A DNA stretch of 34,317 nucleotides, taken from an uncultured bacterium. Its GTDB lineage: Bacteria > Planctomycetota > UBA1135 > UBA2386. A program made the translations under genes and the position numbers. The number at the start of each line of letters is the position of its first letter. Positions within the stretch are counted from its first letter, which is position 1. Below are positions 20,053 through 27,679 of this stretch, piece after piece. The DNA is taken from assembly GCA_965534055.1 (NCBI GenBank), contig CBESZZ010000002.1, forward strand, positions 1 to 34,317, given 5' to 3'. The notes below the pieces were generated by a model that had not been told where the DNA came from, ran no database searches, and was given only the letters and a program-made list of their open reading frames with translations.

Positions 20053-21474
20053 GTGCCCGCACCTCAGCCCGAACCCGCCTTGCAACCCGCGCCCGGAACG
20101 CCACCCGACGTCGTCTGTTTCGCCGGCGTGGACTGGTGGTACCACAACCGTGCCCATTCCGATGTGCAGCTCATGCGGCACATCGCGATGGGGGCGCCAG
20201 GCCGTGCTCCGCGAAAAGTCCTGCTCGTCAACTCGATCGGGATGCGGATGCCGCGCCCGGGCAAGTCGTCGCTGCCCTTCCGGCGGATGGCGCGCAAGCT
20301 GCGCAGCATGACCCGCGGACTGAAGGCTCCGGTTCCGGAGCTGCCGAACTTCTCGGTGCTGACTCCGGTGCTGCTGCCTTTCTACGGCAACGCGCGCGCG
20401 CGGGCGATGAATGCGCGCATCATCCGCAAGCAGGTACTGCGGGCGTGCAACCGCGTCGGCATCACCGCTCCGCCGCACGTCGTCGCCACGCTGCCTACCG
20501 CGTGGGATCCTCTGCAGGGGATGCGCCGCGCAAGTTTGCTGTACAACCGCTCGGACAAGCACTCGGCGTTTGGTGAAGCAGACACCGATGTGATCGGCGA
20601 GCTCGAACGCGCCATGCTCTTCAACAGCGACCGCGTGCTTTACTCCAGTCGCGCGTTCATGGAATCCGAAGTTGCCGATGCGGGGAAACGAGCCGTGTTC
20701 TTGGATCACGGCGTGGACCTGAATCGATTCAGCGGCGTGCGTGCGGAGGTTCCTGCGGAGCTGGCGAATCTGCCGCGTCCGATCCTGGGGTTCTTCGGTG
20801 GTCTCGACGATTACATCATCGACTTCGAGCTGTTGGAGCACGTTGCCCGCGCGATGCCCAATGCGAGCATCGTGCTGATCGGCGACGCAACGTTGTCGCT
20901 CGAACGACTGCGCGAACTGCCCAATGTGCACCTGCTCGGCTTCAAGGATTACGAAGACATTCCAGCCTACGGTGCTGCGTTTGACGTCGGTCTGATGCCA
21001 TGGCTCGACAACGATTGGATCCGGCACGCGAACCCGATCAAACTGAAGGAATACCTGGCCCTTGGGCTGCCCATCGTCACGACACCGTTTCCCGAAGGCG
21101 TGCACTACGCAGAGCACCTGCGCGTTGGCGTCACGCGCGAAGGCTTCGTCGATGCGATTCGAGATGCTCTTGCGGAAGGCGTTACTTCAGTGGAACAAAC
21201 CCGCCGCGACGATCTGTTGGCGGCGTGTAGCTGGAGCGCACGCGCAGGCGACTTGCTCGATTTGGCCGACGCCGCGGCTGACGCCAGCCAAAAGCGACGA
21301 GACAGCAGCGACGACGTGCCGTCCGCATCTAGCGAAGTGCTGACGCGACGACCCGCCGCGCAGAACGTCAAAGTTGTGCGGCGAACGGCCGACGAGTCGA
21401 GCTCCACGGGCGATGCTGGCGCGGGTCAGGATGCAGACCGTTCCGATTCCACGCCGAGCAAAGAGTCGAACTGA
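20053..21474 (+). CDS. GT-B fold (GT1/GT4-like) glycosyltransferase with acidic/Ser-rich C-terminal tail
   Basis: DVVCFAGVDWWYHNRAHSD, GFFGGLDDYIIDFELLEHVARAMPNASIVLIGD, NVHLLGFKDYEDIP and NPIKLKEYLALGLPIVTTP. The GTG start is uncertain. The last roughly 95 aa are low-complexity. The stop shares one base with the next ATG (TGATG). Confidence 0.8.
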   Translation: MPAPQPEPALQPAPGTPPDVVCFAGVDWWYHNRAHSDVQLMRHIAMGAPGRAPRKVLLVNSIGMRMPRPGKSSLPFRRMARKLRSMTRGLKAPVPELPNFSVLTPVLLPFYGNARARAMNARIIRKQVLRACNRVGITAPPHVVATLPTAWDPLQGMRRASLLYNRSDKHSAFGEADTDVIGELERAMLFNSDRVLYSSRAFMESEVADAGKRAVFLDHGVDLNRFSGVRAEVPAELANLPRPILGFFGGLDDYIIDFELLEHVARAMPNASIVLIGDATLSLERLRELPNVHLLGFKDYEDIPAYGAAFDVGLMPWLDNDWIRHANPIKLKEYLALGLPIVTTPFPEGVHYAEHLRVGVTREGFVDAIRDALAEGVTSVEQTRRDDLLAACSWSARAGDLLDLADAAADASQKRRDSSDDVPSASSEVLTRRPAAQNVKVVRRTADESSSTGDAGAGQDADRSDSTPSKESN

Positions 21475-23366
21475 TGTGTGGTATCGCTGGCTACCGCAGA
21501 TTTGATGGCAAGCCCGCAGACGAGGGTTTGCTTCGCGCGATGGCGAAGAACCTGCATCATCGCGGTCCCGACGGCGAAGGCTTTGCGTTGCTCGGCAGGG
21601 ATCGTTCGGTTGGCTTCGCGCACACGCGTCTATCGATCATCGACCTCGAGGGTTCCAAGCAACCGATGACCTCGGCCGGGGGGCCGGTGCATCTCACCTA
21701 CAACGGTGAGTTGTTCAACTACCGTGAGATGCGCGAAGAGTTGGTGCAGCAGGGTGTGCAGTTCGCGACCGCAGGAGACACCGAGGTGCTCCTGGAAACC
21801 CTGCGTCTGCGAGGCGAGAACGGCTTGCAGGCGCTCGACGGTCAGTTCGCGTTCGCGATCTTCGACGAGCGGGAGAACGGCGCGCGTCCGACGAACACGG
21901 ACCTGTGGTTGGCCCGAGACCGTCTGGGCATCCTGCCGCTCTACTGGCTGAAGCACGGTGAGGTGTTCGGATTTGCGTCCGAGATCAAGGCGCTCGTGCC
22001 GTTGATGGAGCATCTCGGTTTGAACCGGGAGCTCGATGAAACCGCTTTCGAACGCTTCCTGACGTATCGGTCGGTGCCCCCGAACCGCACGCTGTACCAA
22101 AGCGTCCAGAAGCTGCGGCCTGGCCACGTGCTGCGCGTGTCGGATGCAGGGCGTGTTGACGAGGTTCGTTACTGGCAGGTCCCGGCGGCTGAGCCGACAA
22201 CTCCACTGAGCGGGCAGGAAGCGGTCGAGGCAGTCGACAAAGCGCTGACGGCAGCGGTCGCGAGCCGGCTGGTCTCCGATGTTCCCGTGGGCGCGTACCT
22301 GTCCGGCGGCGTCGATAGTTCGCTGGTGACTGCGCTGGTGAAGAAGGCGCGGAACGGCGGCACCGTGGCGACTTACTCGGCGGGTTTCGACGATCCACGC
22401 TACGACGAGCTGCCCTACGCGCGCCAAGTCAGCGAGGCGCTCGGCACCGACCACCATGAGATTATGGTTGGTGCCGAAGACTTCATGGAGCACTGGCAGA
22501 AGCTGTGCTGGCACCGCGATGGGCCCATCTCTGAGCCCGCGGATGTTGCGATCTTCAAGATTGCGACGGCTGCACGACCGGACGTGAAGGTGCTGCTGTC
22601 CGGTGAAGGTGCAGACGAGCTCTTCGGCGGCTATCCCAAGCATCGCTACGACCGCAAACTCAAAGCCGCTTGGGCGATGCCCGCCGCGATGCGCGTGCCC
22701 ATGTTCCGTCGCATCGAGCGGATGCTGCCGGCGTCCAAAGCGCGCGGTCGAATCGCGGCTCGCGCGCTGACCGCTCGAAGTATCGACGAGCGGATGCAGA
22801 TGTGGTTCGCGCCGTTTACCTGGTATGAGCGCAAGTCCATGCGTCCAGGATTCGGCGATGCATTCGATCCCGGCCAGTGGAGCGAATGCGAAGGCGATCC
22901 ACTGCGTCGGATGCTCTACGTCGACTGCCACACTTGGCTATCCGACAACTTGTTGGAGCGCGGCGACCGCATGTCTATGGCGGCGAGCATCGAGAACCGA
23001 CCGCCGTTCCTTGCCCACGACTTGGTCGAGCTAGCGTTCAACGTTGCCTCGTCCGCGAAGGTTCACGGCAAGACGACCAAGTGGGTGGTCAAAGAGATCG
23101 CCCGTCGGCATCTGCCACAGGAAATCGTTGACCGCAAGAAGGTCGGCTTCCGGGTGCCACTGGACGAGTGGTTCCGCGGCTCGATGCAGGAGTTCGTGCA
23201 CGACCACCTGGTGGGCGAGGGCTCAATCGTCTCCAGGCTGCTGGACAAGAAGATCGTGCAGCGACTTCTCGACGACCACCGCACGGGGCGCCGCAACGAA
23301 GAGATTCGGCTGTGGACGCTACTCGGGTTCGAGGTCTGGCATCGGCAAGCGAAGCTGAGCGGCTGA
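21474..23366 (+). CDS. asnB: asparagine synthase (glutamine-hydrolysing) family amidotransferase
   Basis: MCGIAGY (N-terminal Cys nucleophile), HRGPDG, YNGELFNY, PP-loop SGGVDSS and GEGADELFGGY. Length is 630 aa. Confidence 0.92.
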   Translation: MCGIAGYRRFDGKPADEGLLRAMAKNLHHRGPDGEGFALLGRDRSVGFAHTRLSIIDLEGSKQPMTSAGGPVHLTYNGELFNYREMREELVQQGVQFATAGDTEVLLETLRLRGENGLQALDGQFAFAIFDERENGARPTNTDLWLARDRLGILPLYWLKHGEVFGFASEIKALVPLMEHLGLNRELDETAFERFLTYRSVPPNRTLYQSVQKLRPGHVLRVSDAGRVDEVRYWQVPAAEPTTPLSGQEAVEAVDKALTAAVASRLVSDVPVGAYLSGGVDSSLVTALVKKARNGGTVATYSAGFDDPRYDELPYARQVSEALGTDHHEIMVGAEDFMEHWQKLCWHRDGPISEPADVAIFKIATAARPDVKVLLSGEGADELFGGYPKHRYDRKLKAAWAMPAAMRVPMFRRIERMLPASKARGRIAARALTARSIDERMQMWFAPFTWYERKSMRPGFGDAFDPGQWSECEGDPLRRMLYVDCHTWLSDNLLERGDRMSMAASIENRPPFLAHDLVELAFNVASSAKVHGKTTKWVVKEIARRHLPQEIVDRKKVGFRVPLDEWFRGSMQEFVHDHLVGEGSIVSRLLDKKIVQRLLDDHRTGRRNEEIRLWTLLGFEVWHRQAKLSG

Positions 23367-23486
23367 AACCGGCTTTCTAGCCAGTTACCCCACGACGTGC
23401 TGGCTTGTGCCGTCACCTTGGCACGTTCTGAAGCGTGCACCATGTATGGTCCCAACGCTTGCGGTCCGTATCTCCACGGGCCTGGC

Positions 23487-23564
23487 TGATTCATCGAATT
23501 GAATCACTCGGCTGAATTGTTCGGCTGAGTTATCCGGATGAATCGTTCGGATGAATCACCAAGG
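23487..23564. repeat. six tandem 13-nt repeats, consensus TGAATCRTTCGGM
   Basis: Read directly, the units are TGATTCATCGAAT, TGAATCACTCGGC, TGAATTGTTCGGC, TGAGTTATCCGGA, TGAATCGTTCGGA and TGAATCACCAAGG. The array sits in an AT-richer intergenic stretch immediately upstream of the rhomboid gene. Confidence 0.85.
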
Positions 23565-23566
23565 AG
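23561..23566 (+). promoter_or_regulatory. Shine-Dalgarno (AAGGAG) for rhomboid gene
   Basis: AAGGAG lies 9 nt upstream of the ATG at 23576 and is partly formed by the last repeat unit. Confidence 0.6.
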
Positions 23567-23575
23567 TGTGTACGC

Positions 23576-24394
23576 ATGATCCCGCTCAAAGACGATGTCC
23601 GCGCGAGTCGCCGTCCCTACGTCGTATACGTGCTCATCGCGATGTGCCTGGGCGTGTTTCTATTGCAGCTCACGCAAGCTCCACAGGAGTCGAGCAACTC
23701 TGCGCGAGAGTCATCCATCGAACTGGACTATGGAATGGTCCCACTGCGCTTCGAAGTGGACTCACTGCCATCCACCGTGAACTTTGAGTACGAAGTTCAG
23801 GGTCCGATGGGACCGGAGACGGAGTACGTGCGCATCACTGTGGACGCCCCGGCGGTGCCGAACTGGCTCACCATCCTCACCTGCATCTTTCTGCACGGCG
23901 GATGGATGCACCTCATCGGCAACATGTGGTTCCTGTGGATCTTCGGTGACAACATCGAAGACCGCACCGGACGCTTTGGTTTCGTCGTGTTCTATTTGGC
24001 GTGCGGCGCCGCGGCGAGTTTGGCGCACCTGTTTGCGTCGCCTGGTTCACCCGTTCCGACGATCGGCGCGAGTGGTGCTATTGCGGGCGTGATGGGCTGT
24101 TATCTAGTGCTCTATCCACGCGCGAAGGTGCTCACCCTCGTACCGCTGTTTGTCATCATGTATTCGATGGTGCTCCCCGCATTCCTGTTCCTCGGGGTGT
24201 GGTTTGGGCTGCAGGTGTATCAGGGTTACTCGTCCACGGGTGGAACCGGCGGCGGCGTGGCTTGGTGGGCGCACGTTGGCGGGTTCGTTGTCGGCGTCTT
24301 GGCCGGAGTCTTGCTGCGGATGATGCCGCACGAGCCGGAAACCAAAGAAACGTTCGAGCTGGGTCGGATGCCGGGTCGGCGCGTCGGACGGTAG
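23576..24394 (+). CDS. rhomboid family intramembrane serine protease
   Basis: FLHGGWMHLIGNMWFLWIFG (TM2 H/N), GASGAIAGVMG (GxSG catalytic Ser) and AHVGGFVVG (catalytic His), with six or more hydrophobic helices. Confidence 0.92.
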   Translation: MIPLKDDVRASRRPYVVYVLIAMCLGVFLLQLTQAPQESSNSARESSIELDYGMVPLRFEVDSLPSTVNFEYEVQGPMGPETEYVRITVDAPAVPNWLTILTCIFLHGGWMHLIGNMWFLWIFGDNIEDRTGRFGFVVFYLACGAAASLAHLFASPGSPVPTIGASGAIAGVMGCYLVLYPRAKVLTLVPLFVIMYSMVLPAFLFLGVWFGLQVYQGYSSTGGTGGGVAWWAHVGGFVVGVLAGVLLRMMPHEPETKETFELGRMPGRRVGR

Positions 24395-24510
24395 TGATCG
24401 AGGGCTTCGGCCCTTCGACGTCGCACCGAAAATCTCGCGGCCGCAACTCCCGATCCCAGCGCCTGGTTCAAGACCGAGCGCGTGACGGGCAAAAAATCTC
24501 CGTGCGCATC

Positions 24511-24580
24511 GTGGTGTTTCGGATCTAGAGCAGTGATGCCGGCGTGTCTCCGTCGGCGAACACCACACTGTTCTTTGTGA
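24511..24580 (+). terminator. compound stem-loop followed by U-rich tract (candidate terminator/attenuator between rhomboid gene and next gene)
   Basis: GTGGTGTTTCG (24511..24521) pairs with CGAACACCAC (24557..24566) with one bulge. This encloses an inner hairpin (CCGGCG, loop TGTCTC, CGTCGG). ACTGTTCTTTGTGATTG follows. Identified by eye only. Confidence 0.3.
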
Positions 24581-24593
24581 TTGTGAGGTCACC

Positions 24594-25766
24594 ATGCACC
24601 GCGCCTTTCTTCCTCTCGTCGCGCTCGCGACGATTTCGTCCCTGCACGCCCAGACCCTGATCGTTGCTGATCCTGCCGGAGGGATGTTCGTTGAGTCCAC
24701 CGCGAACTCGATCCTCTATCCGGCAGGTGCCGGGGGTCCGCTGAACACGTATCCGATGGTTCCGCTCGTTCCACCGGTCGCGCCGTTTGCGGGTGCCGTG
24801 ACCATCGACACGACCAACGGCACCACCTGGTACACCGGCGGCGCAATGCTCGTCCAGGTTCCGCATAGCGCGTACGCCCCGGGTGTGTTCCTACCACCGC
24901 CGTTTCCGCCGACGCCCGGCGCACTTGCTGGGCCGATCACCGGCATGGCGCTCGACCCGGCGGCCGGCTTGCTGTGGGTGACCGACGGTTTCATTGTGCA
25001 AGCGCAGGTTGCAGTGCCCGGCGGCCCGATTGTCGTGCCTCCCTTTGGGGTTCTTGTCCCCGTGATCGCCCCGCCGTTCACGGGTCTGGAGTGGGACGGA
25101 CTGACCGGTTCTTTGTGGGCCTGTGACCTCTTGGGCGCGGCGTACAATTTCGCGCCGGGCGGTGCGATGATCGCAATGATCCCGCCGACGGTTCCTGCTC
25201 TCGGTCCCGCGCTTGGCATCACCATCGACAAGACCGGACTCCCCAATCCGACCGGAGCGCGCCCCGTCTACGTGACCGGTGGCGGCATCATTGTTGACGT
25301 GATCGCACCCATTCCCGTTCCGTCTGGTGGAAGTGGAACCGAGTACGGTCTCACGTTTCACCCTGCGCCGCAGCCGTTTCCGTTCAACGTCTGCCCATGT
25401 CCCAACTACGTGCACGGCCAAAGCCTGCGCGGCCCGTGCACCACAGGGAACCCCAACTTTGGGGTGGACCTCGTCGGTCTGCCGCCGGGCAACCTGACGA
25501 TCTTCGCCTACGACTTCGCGTTCAACCCTGCTTTCCCAGCGATCAACTCGTTGGGCTGCAACCTTGGGTTCACGATCGGTTCGCCGACTCTGATCGCGGC
25601 GTTCAGCGTCGCGGATCCAACGGGCACTGCGTCGAGCGTGCTACCGCTTGTGGGCGTGCCGCCCGGCTCGCTGATCTTCAACCAAATCGCCACGGTCTGT
25701 CCGGCAGACGCGACGCTTGGGTTGGTGCTCTCACCACTCTACCGCATGGCCGTTTCCGGCCTGTAG
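24594..25766 (+). CDS. secreted Pro/Gly-rich beta-propeller-like repeat protein with C-terminal beta module
   Basis: GAGG lies upstream of the ATG. Sec signal MHRAFLPLVALATISSLHAQ. Five to six repeats of about 45-49 aa share a core: IVADPAGGMF, TIDTTNGTTWYTGG, ALDPAAGLLWVTDG, LEWDGLTGSLWACD and TIDKTG..VYVTGG. The C-terminal roughly 125 aa form a Cys-containing module. Confidence 0.75.
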   Translation: MHRAFLPLVALATISSLHAQTLIVADPAGGMFVESTANSILYPAGAGGPLNTYPMVPLVPPVAPFAGAVTIDTTNGTTWYTGGAMLVQVPHSAYAPGVFLPPPFPPTPGALAGPITGMALDPAAGLLWVTDGFIVQAQVAVPGGPIVVPPFGVLVPVIAPPFTGLEWDGLTGSLWACDLLGAAYNFAPGGAMIAMIPPTVPALGPALGITIDKTGLPNPTGARPVYVTGGGIIVDVIAPIPVPSGGSGTEYGLTFHPAPQPFPFNVCPCPNYVHGQSLRGPCTTGNPNFGVDLVGLPPGNLTIFAYDFAFNPAFPAINSLGCNLGFTIGSPTLIAAFSVADPTGTASSVLPLVGVPPGSLIFNQIATVCPADATLGLVLSPLYRMAVSGL

Positions 25767-25772
25767 TCGTCG

Positions 25773-26510
25773 TTACTGCGTCGGCCGATCGGGGACGGGC
25801 TCAGCGGACTCAGCAGAGTCCGGTGCTGGCAAGAACCGCAGGCCCACGCCGCGAACCGTAAGAAACGTTTGCGGGTTGCGACCATCGACTTCGAACAGCG
25901 AACGCAGTCGCAGCAGCACGTTGTCGACTGTGCGATGGGTCGATGGCGTGTGCGGTCCGAACAGCACGCGAACAATCTCCTGGCGCGTGATCACGTCGCC
26001 TGGACGTCCGGCCAAGAGCCGGAGCAGTTTGACCTCGGTGCCGCTGAGCCGTTCGGTTTCGCCGTTCGCCAACTGCGCCTCGTGTGCGCGTAGGTCCACT
26101 GTGTGACCCATGAAGCGAAGCACCTCGGGTTTGTCGGTCGGCGGCTCCGTGCGCTTGAGAAGCGCCGCGGCTCGCAGGATCAGTTCGCGACGATCAAAGG
26201 GTTTGCCTAGGTAGTCGTCTGCCTTCAGCTCCAGCCCGCGAATGCGATCTTCAGTCGAGCTGCGGGCCGAGAGAATCAGCACCGGCGTTTCGTCGCCGCG
26301 GTTGCGCATCCGCGTGAGCACTTCGAGACCGTCGAGTTCCGGCAGCATGAGGTCGAGAAGGACGAGGTCGACGTGGTCGTCGCCGAGTGCGGCCAGGGCA
26401 CGGTCGCCGCGTTGCTCCCAACGCACTTCGTGCCCTTCATCTCGCAAGACGTCGCAGATCATCTCGCCCAGCGTGGATTCGTCTTCAACGACGAGGATGT
26501 GCTTCTTCAC
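25773..26510 (-). CDS. OmpR/PhoB-family response regulator
   Basis: ILVVEDE, DLVLLDLMLPELDG (phospho-acceptor Asp), VLILSA, KPF and a winged-helix end TVRGVGLRF. The GTG start overlaps the kinase stop (GTGA). Confidence 0.92.
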   Translation of the reverse strand: MKKHILVVEDESTLGEMICDVLRDEGHEVRWEQRGDRALAALGDDHVDLVLLDLMLPELDGLEVLTRMRNRGDETPVLILSARSSTEDRIRGLELKADDYLGKPFDRRELILRAAALLKRTEPPTDKPEVLRFMGHTVDLRAHEAQLANGETERLSGTEVKLLRLLAGRPGDVITRQEIVRVLFGPHTPSTHRTVDNVLLRLRSLFEVDGRNPQTFLTVRGVGLRFLPAPDSAESAEPVPDRPTQ

Positions 26511-27679
26511 GAGGGTTGCTCCATGTTCGGGAAGGAGACAGTGAATGTGGCGCCTTGACCAGGCCCGAGGCTCGCGGCGTAGACCGTGCCGCCGTGGGAG
26601 CGTGCGAGGTCGCGGACGAGGCCGAGACCGATGCCCGAGCCACCAATGTGGCCTACCCCACGGAGTGCAGTGGCCACATCGGCTTGTGGATCGTCCGTGT
26701 CATCGCTGCTGAAGCTCGTGCGGCCACGGTAGAACGGCTCAAAGAGGTACGGGAGATCTTCTGCGCGGATGCCGCATCCGGTGTCTGCAACGACGACGCG
26801 CACGATGTCAGCTTCACGCTCGAGGTGGACGTCTACGCGGTCGCCTCGCGAGGAATACTTCAATGCGTTGTCCAGCAGGTTGCGAAGGATGACCTGTACC
26901 GCTCGCGGGTCGCGGAGATAGTTCAACTCGTTGCGGGGATCAGGCGAGTCGGTCCATTCTAGGGCGATGCCCAAGGTTTCGGCACGTGGTCGCATCGACT
27001 CCAGCGCAATGCCCGCGTCGGACGCCAGGTTGCCTGGCTGTAGGTCTACGTCTTCGGGCACGGGATCTACCCGCCGCCGCTCGCGTGTCCCTGACGCCGT
27101 CAACGATGCCGCGGACAAGAGGTTGTCGACTGTGAGGTCCAGCCGATCGAGCTCTTGCCGCATCGCCTTGCGGTACCGCTGCTGGCGTTCGGCGTCGAGC
27201 GATCCGCTTTCGATCGAATCCAGACCGAGGCGCAGCGTGGTTAGGGGTGTCTTCAGCTCGTGGGTTGTCCCCGCCAAGAAGCGCTGTTGGCTGAGTCGCA
27301 TGCGCCGCTCGCGCACGAGGCTTGCGTAGAAGAACGCAACGCCAAGCAAGACGATCAAGCCTAGGAACGCGCCTTCGGCCGCGAACATGAACCGACGACG
27401 CCACGACTGTCGCTCCACCGCGTCGCGCACGCGATCGGGAGACTTTGAATCTCCGGAAGGAAGATCCAGGAGTGTGTCGAGTGCGTCGGTCGACCGATTT
27501 TCGAGCAGAAGCGCGCTGACGGTTTCCAGGCGATCGGCTTCGCGAAACTGGAACACAATCCACCAGGTCACCTGCGCCAAGCCGAACAGCACAACGAGAG
27601 CGAACAGCACCGTCGATCGCCGCGGGGTGTGGAGTGAACGCAACGTCTGGGGGCGTCTCTGCGAGCTGGGACGAGTCAT
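26507..27679 (-). CDS. sensor histidine kinase (two TM helices, about 60-aa periplasmic loop)
   Basis: H box GTTHELKTPLTTL, N box NLLDNALKYS, G1 DTGCGI and G2 GSGIGLGLV. TM helices are VLFALVVLFGLAQVTWWIV and AFLGLIVLLGVAFFYASL. The ATG at 27679 overlaps the upstream TGA as ATGA; the track ORF starts at the GTG at 27685. Confidence 0.9.
   Translation of the reverse strand: MTRPSSQRRPQTLRSLHTPRRSTVLFALVVLFGLAQVTWWIVFQFREADRLETVSALLLENRSTDALDTLLDLPSGDSKSPDRVRDAVERQSWRRRFMFAAEGAFLGLIVLLGVAFFYASLVRERRMRLSQQRFLAGTTHELKTPLTTLRLGLDSIESGSLDAERQQRYRKAMRQELDRLDLTVDNLLSAASLTASGTRERRRVDPVPEDVDLQPGNLASDAGIALESMRPRAETLGIALEWTDSPDPRNELNYLRDPRAVQVILRNLLDNALKYSSRGDRVDVHLEREADIVRVVVADTGCGIRAEDLPYLFEPFYRGRTSFSSDDTDDPQADVATALRGVGHIGGSGIGLGLVRDLARSHGGTVYAASLGPGQGATFTVSFPNMEQPS

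Noticed and set aside
21630-22931. 433-aa minus-strand ORF antisense to the asparagine synthase gene. The 390-aa ORF 19945..21117 antisense to the glycosyltransferase is similar.
   Set aside because: The plus-strand frames carry clear family motifs (MCGIAGY, SGGVDSS; GT-B motifs). The antisense products are Arg/His-rich with no recognisable features.
23418-23433. Sigma-54-like -24 element TTGGCACG upstream of the rhomboid repeats.
   Set aside because: The expected -12 TTGC is missing (the sequence reads TTCTGAAGC) and the GC dinucleotide is one position out of register.
23487-23564. Tandem repeats considered as a CRISPR array or minisatellite coding repeat.
   Set aside because: The units are 13 nt with no spacers. 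The region is non-coding, with TGA in all frames. There are no cas genes in the window.
23576-25766. Rhombosortase with a GlyGly-CTERM substrate pair.
   Set aside because: The neighbouring secreted protein ends ...LYRMAVSGL, with no Gly-Gly motif followed by a TM helix and basic tail. The rhomboid looks like a generic GlpG-type enzyme.
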